This document shows, piece after piece, positions 17,906-26,812 of a DNA stretch of 64,000 nt. Within the stretch, counting starts at the first letter, position 1; every line of letters begins with the position of its first letter. Made by a program: the position numbers and the translations under genes. The notes under the pieces were generated by a model. The model saw only the letters and a program-made list of their open reading frames with translations, was not told the DNA's origin and did not search any database. Source of the stretch: an uncultured virus (IMG/VR IMGVR_UViG_3300021964_000043) (taxonomy: Duplodnaviria; Heunggongvirae; Uroviricota; Caudoviricetes); the IMG/VR virus record IMGVR_UViG_3300021964_000043; one strand, 5' to 3'.

Positions 17906-19327
17906 TTAACTCCCGACAAGTTCTGCAAATAAGTGAATATCAGATATTGCAATAGAATCTATGGTTGAACCATTTGTAATATGAATTGTCATAACATCAT
18001 TAAATGACAATTGAATCATTCGTGTCATTGAATAATGATTTGCTGTAGTCCCTAACCAATGTAATTTTTCTCGTGCTCCATTTTTTCTAAAATCAATATA
18101 TGCTTGATGACTTGCACCATTGATATAAAGATCTAATGTAAATTTAATCCACGTATTGTTATTTATATCATTAGCAATACGCAATTCTTTACCACTATCC
18201 TGAAGTGTGAAGATGTCATGACCAGCTGCTTGTTCAGTCCAAGCAATCCTACTTTGTGGAGTACCAGGAACAGCGGTTGAGGTATATGTTCCATCTGCGC
18301 CAGTAAGATACTGAATTGTTTTGTTTGATTTTTTAATTGGAACATTGGCCATATCAGCGCGCAACATTGAAATACCACCGCCAGTTGCACCATCATGAAG
18401 AACTAATGTTTTAGTGGCATTTACTCCAGATGGATTCATAGAAATATCGCCATCTGCTAAGAAAGCAGTAACTAAAAGATTTTCAAAATCTTCAGTTGAA
18501 GCGGTAGCATCAGCAACTCCTGCGTTATCTGCAGTAGAAGTTACTGAATCAGCGACATTACCATTATCATCAGTTAAAAGAGTTCCTGTTGGATGAGTTT
18601 TAGTTCCACCGGCATTATCTGAATATGGAATAGTCTTCCATCCAGCTCCAGTATAAACTTCAAGTCCAGTTTGTGTAGCTTCATCATGACCAATATCTGT
18701 ATTGAGACGAATATAGCCCAATGTTTCAGCAGGAGGATCGGCAATTGCTATGGTATTAACCATTCCTGTCTGTTTGTGTTGGACATAAACAATATTAGCA
18801 GAATAGTTTGATGGTATAACCCAAGTAACAACTGCGGCTGCGTCACTTGGTTGAGCCTTAATGGCACCATTATTAGTAACGCCATCAGCAGCTCCAAGAG
18901 CATATATATTATCTGGATCGCTGGAATTAGTTTTTTCGGCAGATCTAAGCCAAAGATTATGACCTACACTACCATTTCTAAAATTATATGTTGAACCGCG
19001 TAAAAGAGTTAGGCCAGAAACTTGCTGGCCCGAAGCAATAGTTGTAGGTGTAAATTCATTTCTATTATAGTTACCACTCCAAGACCAAATCCAAGGATCA
19101 TTTATAATAAAACTTGGATCAGTAGAATATACATCTGGCTGAGAAACTGTTAAATCAATATTGATATTTTCACGACCACCTGTAGCAGTCGTCGGTCTTT
19201 CGCCTGTATTACCTCGTGGAAGTTTAAGAGCACCTACTCCACCTACAACACTTGGCGAATACCAATCACAATGCTCAAGGCTAATTTCAGCTAATTGAAT
19301 CGCTTCTGATTGTAATTGTCTTGGCAT
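17906..19327 (-). CDS. Virion structural/tail fibre protein; paralog of 183..1568
   Basis: Likely start MPRQLQ at 19327; colinear similarity along its whole length. Confidence 0.75.
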   Translation of the reverse strand: MPRQLQSEAIQLAEISLEHCDWYSPSVVGGVGALKLPRGNTGERPTTATGGRENINIDLTVSQPDVYSTDPSFIINDPWIWSWSGNYNRNEFTPTTIASGQQVSGLTLLRGSTYNFRNGSVGHNLWLRSAEKTNSSDPDNIYALGAADGVTNNGAIKAQPSDAAAVVTWVIPSNYSANIVYVQHKQTGMVNTIAIADPPAETLGYIRLNTDIGHDEATQTGLEVYTGAGWKTIPYSDNAGGTKTHPTGTLLTDDNGNVADSVTSTADNAGVADATASTEDFENLLVTAFLADGDISMNPSGVNATKTLVLHDGATGGGISMLRADMANVPIKKSNKTIQYLTGADGTYTSTAVPGTPQSRIAWTEQAAGHDIFTLQDSGKELRIANDINNNTWIKFTLDLYINGASHQAYIDFRKNGAREKLHWLGTTANHYSMTRMIQLSFNDVMTIHITNGSTIDSIAISDIHLFAELVGS

Positions 19328-21123
19328 TAAGCTACTCCTAAGACGGTTACTTTCCATCCCTTAAAATTATAGTATATACTTGAAGCATATGTTGGCTGGC
19401 CATCAGCTTTTCTGAAATATACTTTATAGATATGGTCACCGGTTCCTAGACTAGAATCTACACCCTGCAATGCTACTTGGTCATAAACCTCAGTTCCGCC
19501 AGCAACAACACCAAGCTGAGAACGAGTCATTTCTACTACTGAAGGAGCAGAACGTTCAAGTTTCCAATCTACAAATGCATGAGTATTTTTGTTAACTCTA
19601 AAAGAACCATTTGCAAAGACTATAATCTTGCTTAATTTAGCAACTTCGACAGCTGGAATAGTAATTGATGTTCCACTATCAGTCCAAGAAGTAGCTGTAC
19701 TTGTTAGAGCGCCATTTGCTGTAATTGTAGCTTCATTCGTATAAATGATATGACCTGGAATAGCTTTATCAATAACGTTAATAGTTCCAACCATTGCGGA
19801 ATGAACTGTACACTGATAAACCAATGAATCAGGCGCATCATCTGGAACAGTAAAGTATATTGCTCCAACTTGTGCATTGGCATTTTCAACACCATTTGTA
19901 TAAGCCGAACCACCACTTGATACTCTAATAGCAAATGGATGGCCCGAAGCATTTACATCAAATCGATATGTCTTACCTCTTTCAAGAGTAATTGTTGGAT
20001 TATCACCCGTTGCAGCTCCACTAAATGTATAAGCCGAAGCTCCATTATTAGTAACACCAAATTCTTGATCATCTGGTAAAGCAACGTAAGGAATAACTGG
20101 TGGTGTATAAGTAAACACTCCAGTTGAGTTATTATAAGCTAATGAGCCGTCGCCTGAGGCTGTACCTTCAGCGCCTACGCTCAGGTCGCCTAATGCAATA
20201 CCACTCGATCCTGCCGAGTCAGCTGCTGGCGCCCATGATGTTCCGTTATATTTTAGTACTTGTCCTGATGTAACTCCAGAGGTTGAGACGTCTGAAAGTC
20301 CATCAAGTGTAAGCTGAGAATTATTTGCCAATTCGATCCAGTTACCGGCATGGGCATAATAAGCTTTCCCTGTTCCATGTACGTGTGCGAACATCCCGTG
20401 ATAACTGGAAGCAGAAGGAAGATCGCCAATATTCGTATAAACATTTGAAAATAAGATTTTGTTTGTGCTAAGATCAACATCACCTCCAGCTGTTAAACCC
20501 GATAATGTTGGAGGAGTATATGTAAACTCACCACTATTGTTATAAGAAAGAGTACCGTCTCCAGATGCTGTGCCTTCGGTTCCTACTGAAAGATCACCAA
20601 ATCCAATTCCACCACTGCCACTATTTGTAACCCACGCATAGTCACTTCCATCCCAACTTAAAACTTCATTGGTTGCAGCAGTACTTGTATTAAGATGAGT
20701 GTCAACATCCGCATCAGCATATGAACTTCCACCCGAACCCTGTAAATCAGAATCTGGTGCCCATTGAGCACCACTCCATTTAAGTACTTGGCCTGTCGAT
20801 GGAGTTGCTGATGAGACATCATTTAGTGCGCCTAAAGTTGTAGCACCACTTCCACCGCTTTGAGAACCAAGAGGTCTTTCTGTCATCATACGAATACGTA
20901 CATCGTCGTTTACTGAAAGGCCTGAAGTAAAAGTAAGAGTAGTTCCAGAAACAGTATAATCTACTGTTGGCTGTTGAATAACATCATTGACGTGTACAAG
21001 TACAGAATTTACTGCAGCCGCTCTTGACATTGTAAAGGCAGTTTGACCTGCTGTTGCAGTATAGACATCAACCAACATATCATCATTATCAAAAGCCCTT
21101 TGAGGAATCTTATTGATTGCCAT
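19327..21123 (-). CDS. Tail fibre protein with a cupredoxin-like domain
   Basis: GQVLKW.G..W repeats; NPTITLERGKTYRF...GHPF...YQCTVHSAMVG. Confidence 0.75.
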   Translation of the reverse strand: MAINKIPQRAFDNDDMLVDVYTATAGQTAFTMSRAAAVNSVLVHVNDVIQQPTVDYTVSGTTLTFTSGLSVNDDVRIRMMTERPLGSQSGGSGATTLGALNDVSSATPSTGQVLKWSGAQWAPDSDLQGSGGSSYADADVDTHLNTSTAATNEVLSWDGSDYAWVTNSGSGGIGFGDLSVGTEGTASGDGTLSYNNSGEFTYTPPTLSGLTAGGDVDLSTNKILFSNVYTNIGDLPSASSYHGMFAHVHGTGKAYYAHAGNWIELANNSQLTLDGLSDVSTSGVTSGQVLKYNGTSWAPAADSAGSSGIALGDLSVGAEGTASGDGSLAYNNSTGVFTYTPPVIPYVALPDDQEFGVTNNGASAYTFSGAATGDNPTITLERGKTYRFDVNASGHPFAIRVSSGGSAYTNGVENANAQVGAIYFTVPDDAPDSLVYQCTVHSAMVGTINVIDKAIPGHIIYTNEATITANGALTSTATSWTDSGTSITIPAVEVAKLSKIIVFANGSFRVNKNTHAFVDWKLERSAPSVVEMTRSQLGVVAGGTEVYDQVALQGVDSSLGTGDHIYKVYFRKADGQPTYASSIYYNFKGWKVTVLGVA

Positions 21124-21614
21124 TATGCACGAACTCCAGTTCTAGTCACTTTAATAATAGTTGAAGCATTTACTGGATCAACAAGAAGTCTAACATTACC
21201 ACTGTTAATATCTGAATCAAAAGCAGCTAGTTCAGTATTTGTTACAATATTGCCAAACTCAGTCAAATAAACTGTTGACCCATCATGGACAGCTAAAATT
21301 TCAGAAACTTGATAATCACTACCAGATGTTACTTGAATAAGATACTTAACACATCGGAAATTAGCAGCCGAAAAAGAGTCGACTACCTGGTTTGCAGTAT
21401 TTGTCGTAGTAGTAAGAGTTGCGGTTGTAATAACCGAATCATCTAGAATAAGTTCATTTTGGCCAAAGGCTATTTCAACAACATCACCAGAATCTTTTTC
21501 AAGAAACATCTTACCATCGTTGGTATTGATAGCTATTTCACCAACTGTAAGGTCGCTCGCTTGTGGTTTAGATCCTAGTGTTGTTGATCTCTTAAACTGA
21601 ACAACGGTTCCCAT
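21123..21614 (-). CDS. Virion structural protein
   Basis: VQFKRS...GEIAINT.DGK N-terminus; KYLIQV...EILAVHDG domain. Confidence 0.65.
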   Translation of the reverse strand: MGTVVQFKRSTTLGSKPQASDLTVGEIAINTNDGKMFLEKDSGDVVEIAFGQNELILDDSVITTATLTTTTNTANQVVDSFSAANFRCVKYLIQVTSGSDYQVSEILAVHDGSTVYLTEFGNIVTNTELAAFDSDINSGNVRLLVDPVNASTIIKVTRTGVRA

Positions 21615-21812
21615 TTACTCTTTCTCTTCTTCTCCGAATGTCCCTGCATCATGCACTTCATCTTTCTCACCTAGAGTTTCCTCTAATTTTCTTTCGGCCA
21701 TTGCTAACCGAGTTTCAAGCAAGATGTTTTGCGATTGCAGTTCACCTATTCTTTTATTTTGTCTAGCAATATACTCATTCATCAGTTCATTCTGATCGTA
21801 TTCAATAGTCAT
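21615..21812 (-). CDS. Hypothetical coiled-coil protein
   Basis: ORF in the operon with heptad character. Confidence 0.6.
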   Translation of the reverse strand: MTIEYDQNELMNEYIARQNKRIGELQSQNILLETRLAMAERKLEETLGEKDEVHDAGTFGEEEKE

Positions 21813-21829
21813 AATATACCTTTATAATA

Positions 21830-23326
21830 TTAGTAAGTTCCACAGTCAATGTGTCCAAAGAAAGGAACACCCGAAGCATTTACTTGAAGGACGTGGCCAT
21901 CAGTTGATGATGTCTTATAAACAACATCGTCGTTTGAGTCAGTAACTAAAACCCCGTTTTGCGCATAACCAGTACCAGTTGCATCTAGTGAAATACTTGT
22001 CAAAAGAGCGTTACCAAACTGTACGCCAGAAACTGTACCAGAATATACACCAGCCGCCAAAGTAGCGTCTTCAATCATCTTAAATCTGTTATCTGACAGA
22101 TCGTAACCAAAGAAGCCAAGTTTAGCTGCAGTGTCATACCAACGGAATTCAATACCTTTATCTAAACCGTCGTTTGAAGTAGGAGCAGTATCGCCAGCCA
22201 ACGTAAAAACTGGATCGTCAATAGTTACTGTAGTTGAATTAACTGTTGTTTGAACACCGTTAACTGTAAGGTCACCTTCAATAACAACTGAACCAGCAGA
22301 ACCAGCTGGGTTTGGATCGATATAAATTGTTCCACCACTTACAGATGAAATTGTATCATCATCAATTTTAATCTTACCAACTTGGAAAGTCATAGCAGTG
22401 TCGTTAAATTCCAGGCCTGTAGTAGACATGGTTGCACGCTTTGTACCACCGGTAAAGAACTCAAGTTCGTCGTTATCGGCTAATGGAGAGGTTTCAGCCC
22501 GGACAAAAGTATCTTGGTCAACGTCTACTACGCCACCAAGTCCTGCCCATGCATTACCATCATAACCTTCAAATCTACCGTCGGTAGTATTGAATCGAAC
22601 TTGACCAGTAGCTTGTGTAGGTCGTTGGCCTGTTGTACCAACTGGAATCTTAAGTGATGTGGTAGAGTTAACAATAGTTTCGCCTGTACCATTTGGTGCA
22701 ATTTCAAGGTTACCATTAGTATTTGTTGTTGAGATAGTATTACCATCAAGACGAATATTATCAACATCCAGAATACCAGTAACAGTTGAGTTACCAGTTT
22801 GCTGAAGAGCACCATTCAAGCTAAGAGCACCAATAAGAGAAATTGTACCTGTAGCTGTGGCATCCAAAGTAATCGATCCAGCAGTATTGGTCGTCATAGA
22901 TACATCACCAGTTGACTGCGTGAAGTTTCCTGTAACGTTAGTGTTATCTGCAGTTAGATTGATAGCCCCTGTGCCATTTGGATCAAGGTTGATATCGCCA
23001 TTAGTATTTGTTGAAGAAAGAGTATTGCTATCAAGTGTAAGATTATCAACGTTCCATACGTCAATCTTACTATTTGAATCTACAATTACTCCCGAACTAG
23101 CGGTAAGTGTTCCATGAACGTGGTCCAGCATACTGGTAAAATATTTACCACCAATGACTTCGATGTTCGCCGCAACACCATTCGTCTCGGTACCGGTACC
23201 GATATACATTCTATCACCGCCATTTGCCTGTGAACCGGATTGGAACGAATAGGCCATTTCACCGGTAGCAACGGCGGACGGCGCGCCCGAGGTACCAGAA
23301 TTTTTAATTTTGATAATTGTTGCCAT
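21830..23326 (-). CDS. Tail fibre/virion structural protein
   Basis: IKIKNS...GEMAYS start; VDNLTLD.NTLSST repeats; IPVGTTGQRP...RFNT..FEGY; GDLTVNG.QTTVNST. Confidence 0.75.
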   Translation of the reverse strand: MATIIKIKNSGTSGAPSAVATGEMAYSFQSGSQANGGDRMYIGTGTETNGVAANIEVIGGKYFTSMLDHVHGTLTASSGVIVDSNSKIDVWNVDNLTLDSNTLSSTNTNGDINLDPNGTGAINLTADNTNVTGNFTQSTGDVSMTTNTAGSITLDATATGTISLIGALSLNGALQQTGNSTVTGILDVDNIRLDGNTISTTNTNGNLEIAPNGTGETIVNSTTSLKIPVGTTGQRPTQATGQVRFNTTDGRFEGYDGNAWAGLGGVVDVDQDTFVRAETSPLADNDELEFFTGGTKRATMSTTGLEFNDTAMTFQVGKIKIDDDTISSVSGGTIYIDPNPAGSAGSVVIEGDLTVNGVQTTVNSTTVTIDDPVFTLAGDTAPTSNDGLDKGIEFRWYDTAAKLGFFGYDLSDNRFKMIEDATLAAGVYSGTVSGVQFGNALLTSISLDATGTGYAQNGVLVTDSNDDVVYKTSSTDGHVLQVNASGVPFFGHIDCGTY

Positions 23327-23571
23327 TAGTAGAATCCTCCGATTATCTTAGTATTGGCGTTATCCATCTCATTACGGACGGAAAAGGTTTGAGTTGAAGT
23401 TTCATAAATCAATGTTGCACCATCGGCTAACCGTGATGCATCAACGTCAGTCAGGTCTAAAAGACTTTGTCTTGGAGCCATAGCTAGGGTTTTAGCTCTC
23501 ATAGTCGATTGAGGTTTAAGAGCACCTTTTATGGCAGATGATTGTCCAACTACACCTTTAAGATTTGCCAT
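23326..23571 (-). CDS. Small virion structural protein
   Basis: LLDLTDVD...DGATLIY...GGFY. Confidence 0.6.
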   Translation of the reverse strand: MANLKGVVGQSSAIKGALKPQSTMRAKTLAMAPRQSLLDLTDVDASRLADGATLIYETSTQTFSVRNEMDNANTKIIGGFY

Positions 23572-23579
23572 ATTTATTC

Positions 23580-23912
23580 CTACCTAGTAACGTAAGCGTT
23601 AATGTCTACTTGTCCTTCTACAACTCTTGATACGTCACCAGTTGGTGAAGTCACAATAACATCATAAACATATCTTCCTGGTTTAAGAGCTGCAGTCTGA
23701 GCAGCAGTAAGACTAATTTTTATTTCACCGCCTGTTGCATTCGTAATTGAAGCAGTAAAAGCAGTAAAAGTACTTGAACTATATGTTTTCCGGATTTGAC
23801 CAGAAGTAGTATAGCTCGTCAAATCAACAATCTGACCAGCTGCGTCCGATACAGTAATAAACGTAGAATATGACGTCCCCTGATCGATAGATAGATTAGC
23901 ATAAATAGCCAT
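23580..23912 (-). CDS. Virion structural protein (BppU-like Ig fold)
   Basis: ANLSIDQG...LTAAQTAALKPGRYVYDV...RVVEG. Confidence 0.65.
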   Translation of the reverse strand: MAIYANLSIDQGTSYSTFITVSDAAGQIVDLTSYTTSGQIRKTYSSSTFTAFTASITNATGGEIKISLTAAQTAALKPGRYVYDVIVTSPTGDVSRVVEGQVDINAYVTR

Positions 23913-23940
23913 TTACATTTCCTGTCATATGATATATAAT
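23912..23940 (+). promoter_or_regulatory. Sigma70-like (early-type) promoter of the enzyme island
   Basis: TTTACA-N17-TATAAT; same -35/-10 as four promoters at 58.8-63.7 kb. Confidence 0.7.
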
Positions 23941-23950
23941 AGTACGTAGT

Positions 23951-23958
23951 TATTTATA
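23951..23958 (-). promoter_or_regulatory. T4-type late promoter TATAAATA for the fibre operon
   Basis: Exact intergenic match upstream of 23580..23912. Confidence 0.75.
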
Positions 23959-23974
23959 TAGATTAGAAATTAGA

Positions 23975-24382
23975 ATGCTAGAGATTTTACACAAAGGTTC
24001 AAAAGCGTGTTTCATTGATGACACTGGGCGGGATCACATAATCCCTATATTTTCTGTTGGCAGATATCTCGCTGAAGGAAGATACGTCGTTAAGGTCGAA
24101 GGGCTTGAACAAGAGTTTAAGCATATTATTGAAAAGCTTAAAATAACTGAAAATCATAGTGTGCATTGCTATATTTCTCCTAAGTTTGCAAAGTCTTTTG
24201 ACGTTCACACAGATCCTATAGATGTATTTATATACTGTCTCGAAGGGACTAAAGTCATGTCAATTGATGAACAATTGGTTTATATCGAACCAGAGACTTT
24301 TGTCAGAATACCCGCAAACACTCCTCACAGAGCTTTAAATATATTTGATTCTACGATGTTATCAATAGGAGTTGAAAAATGA
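23975..24382 (+). CDS. JmjC/cupin-type oxygenase (ROXA/Cupin_4-like, short)
   Basis: YISP...SFDVHTD..DVF...EGTK...IPANTPHRA (HxD...H). Confidence 0.75.
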   Translation: MLEILHKGSKACFIDDTGRDHIIPIFSVGRYLAEGRYVVKVEGLEQEFKHIIEKLKITENHSVHCYISPKFAKSFDVHTDPIDVFIYCLEGTKVMSIDEQLVYIEPETFVRIPANTPHRALNIFDSTMLSIGVEK

Positions 24383-24549
24383 AATATGCCGTTTACGTTG
24401 AAATAGACACAAACGAATTTATGTATGATACTGGTAATGATGCAATTAACGTTGGTGATAAACCATTACTATTTGATACAAAAGAAGAAGCAGAAAAAAG
24501 AGCTAAATTATGGAAAACAGGAACTGTAGTCGAATATCCATATGATTAA
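24379..24549 (+). CDS. Hypothetical 56-aa protein (not in ORF track)
   Basis: Manual translation MKYAVYVEID...PLLFDTKEEAEKRAKLWKTGTVVEYPYD; AGGAG SD; ATGA overlap. Confidence 0.65.
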   Translation: MKYAVYVEIDTNEFMYDTGNDAINVGDKPLLFDTKEEAEKRAKLWKTGTVVEYPYD

Positions 24550-25576
24550 AAACGACACTATGATCTACGTCAAAACGACGGAGACGTGTAACTTAAATTG
24601 TGATCACTGTTTTACGAACGGTATCAATGGAGCAAAAATTTATTTTAATCCAGATGCTGTCGCAAAATGGTGTAATGAGTTAAAAGAGTTAATGCCACAA
24701 ATGACTACTCATTTTGAGTTTCATGGTGGTGAACCTTTTCTTGCTCCCGTTGATGATATGTGGAGATTCTATGAATTGACACAAGAAAAATGGAACGGTG
24801 ACGCGACTTATGGTATCACTACTAACCTGGTTGTAAAACTTACTGAAAAAAGATTAGACTTTTTAGACCATGTGTGCAATAAACGTATTGGTACGTCATG
24901 GGATCCAACAATTCGATTTGATAACGAAAAACAGCGAGAGCTCTTTGAATCAAACATCAAATTATTATTACAAAGAGGTTATATTATTAAGCTGTTTGTA
25001 TCACTTACATGTGATACTATTGAAATGGGTCCTGAAAAACTTATGCGTTATGTCAAAGATTTAGGCGTACAGGAAATGGCTCTTGAAAGAATTACTCATG
25101 ATGGCAATGCAACTCGTAATCCCGTATTTCCATCTAACCTAGCACTTCAAAATTATTTTCTTGATATGCATAGATTCATAGAAGAAAATGATGCACGTGG
25201 TTGGTTTGATAATGAGTTTATGGAAAACATATACACTAAATTTGAAACTGGATATACGGGTGCTGGTACATTTTGCCGAGATTGTGAGCAAAAGCTCTTT
25301 ACAATTAACGCAGATGGAGGGATAGCTGGATGTCCAAACTCAGCTCCGACAAGTGCTTTTGGACATATCTATATCCATCCTGAAGAAGTAATCAAAGCAC
25401 CAAAACGATGTAACGTAATCATGGAAGAATTACAAAGAGATCCACGATGTTACGATTGCAAAGTGTATAAATACTGTAAAGGCGACTGCCACCAACTTGC
25501 ATGGGAAGGTGATATATGTGGCGCGCCAAGATTTTTAATGAAAGAATTGGACGAGAAATATGGCAACACTAACTAA
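24542..25576 (+). CDS. Radical SAM/SPASM-domain protein (rSAM-1)
   Basis: CNLNCDHC; FHGGEP; C-terminal CRDC...GCPN...CYDCKVYKYCKGDC...C. Confidence 0.92.
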   Translation: MIKNDTMIYVKTTETCNLNCDHCFTNGINGAKIYFNPDAVAKWCNELKELMPQMTTHFEFHGGEPFLAPVDDMWRFYELTQEKWNGDATYGITTNLVVKLTEKRLDFLDHVCNKRIGTSWDPTIRFDNEKQRELFESNIKLLLQRGYIIKLFVSLTCDTIEMGPEKLMRYVKDLGVQEMALERITHDGNATRNPVFPSNLALQNYFLDMHRFIEENDARGWFDNEFMENIYTKFETGYTGAGTFCRDCEQKLFTINADGGIAGCPNSAPTSAFGHIYIHPEEVIKAPKRCNVIMEELQRDPRCYDCKVYKYCKGDCHQLAWEGDICGAPRFLMKELDEKYGNTN

Positions 25577-26141
25577 TCCAGTTGAAGACGATAACATTGC
25601 GGCGAGATTTAATGATTATCTACCGCCAGCAGCAAATACAGGTATTTCGTGGGGAACTAATGCGCATCCTTTTTCTCACGGCGATTGGCCTTTGTATTTT
25701 GGTGGAAGTACAAGTGGTAGATCTTCGACTCTTACTGGCGCATCACTAAAAAATAGTGGTGATCTTATTACCGCGGGTGGTCTAGAATCTGCAATTGAAA
25801 CCGAAACTTATTATTATACCTCTATTCGTAGTTTAAGAGCTCAACATAATATTACTGGTGGTGGAGGTAATACTGGTTCACAACCTACTCCAGGTATTAT
25901 CTACGACCAAACAGCAATTGCTTATCTGAATAGCAATTACTATCAATCTGCAGTATATTACGGTTCTATTGGATTAGGAATTGGGTCTTATACACAAGTC
26001 GATGACTCCCATCTTGAACAAAAATTTGACCAATTAAGAACTCTTTATAATACTGCAAGAGGAGCAACTACAACAATTACCCTAAACACGTGCCATGCGT
26101 CTTGCCATAGCTCGTGTCATGGTTCAAGAGGAAGAAGATAA
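25560..26141 (+). CDS. Putative rSAM substrate/structural-like protein with C-terminal (CHxS)3 motif
   Basis: G/S/T/Y-rich body; ends TCHASCHSSCHGSRGRR, which holds the only three Cys of the protein. Confidence 0.7.
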   Translation: MATLTNPVEDDNIAARFNDYLPPAANTGISWGTNAHPFSHGDWPLYFGGSTSGRSSTLTGASLKNSGDLITAGGLESAIETETYYYTSIRSLRAQHNITGGGGNTGSQPTPGIIYDQTAIAYLNSNYYQSAVYYGSIGLGIGSYTQVDDSHLEQKFDQLRTLYNTARGATTTITLNTCHASCHSSCHGSRGRR

Positions 26142-26812
26142 TGAAATTGATTGAAACGACCGCTCCCATTTCTTTGGAAGAGCTTAAATTATTTTTTAAT
26201 GATAAAAATATTACGTATATGGTTCATTATGAAGATTCAACTCTTCAAGGACCAAAACTTTTAACCTATTTGAGTAATTTAGAAATTCCGTGTGATATTG
26301 GATTTACTACTCAAGATGGGTTTGACGAAATGACTAAGGCTTATTTGGAAGCGAATATTATAGTTAATATTCCCATTCTAAAAGAAAGAGTAGTTAACTT
26401 ATTGCTTCAAATGAAAGGCTTACTTGAATTAAAGGAAAAAGAGTTTATTGACGCAAATGTCGATATACTAAAAGACTGGGCTAAAAAACTAGATGCACTT
26501 ACTCTTTATAATCTATATACTGTAAATTCATCCGAGATTAAAGAATATGTTGAATCACATCCAGAAGATGATACAAAAGATTTGACTGGTATTAACTGGG
26601 TAAGCTTGTTAGACGTTGAAAAGTTTTTTAGATTTTATGGAAACGTTATACCAGAGCATAAGGTTTATTACAAGTCTTATTTTAACGAATATATGTTTAA
26701 GGGAAAAAATCTTTATAGTTACTGGGCAAACGAAAACAATCCCATGTTTCTATTAACTAACGGTATCGCTACCGGCGCATTACAGGAGAATAATAATGCT
26801 ACATCTATTTAA
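26141..26812 (+). CDS. Hypothetical protein in the rSAM island
   Basis: Likely start MKLIETT at 26141 (TAATG coupling). Confidence 0.75.
   Translation: MKLIETTAPISLEELKLFFNDKNITYMVHYEDSTLQGPKLLTYLSNLEIPCDIGFTTQDGFDEMTKAYLEANIIVNIPILKERVVNLLLQMKGLLELKEKEFIDANVDILKDWAKKLDALTLYNLYTVNSSEIKEYVESHPEDDTKDLTGINWVSLLDVEKFFRFYGNVIPEHKVYYKSYFNEYMFKGKNLYSYWANENNPMFLLTNGIATGALQENNNATSI

Noticed and set aside
1700..23271. Many short plus-strand or alternate-frame ORFs within the fibre genes
   Set aside because: Nested in well-supported minus-strand genes with no motifs; expected from codon bias.
1..23912. Diversity-generating retroelement suggested by Mtd_N-like domains and variable fibre tips
   Set aside because: No reverse transcriptase in the window and no template/variable repeat pair differing only at adenines was seen.
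26091..26126. c-type heme attachment sites in the CHxS repeat
   Set aside because: Spacing is CxxxCH rather than canonical CxxCH, and no signal peptide is evident.
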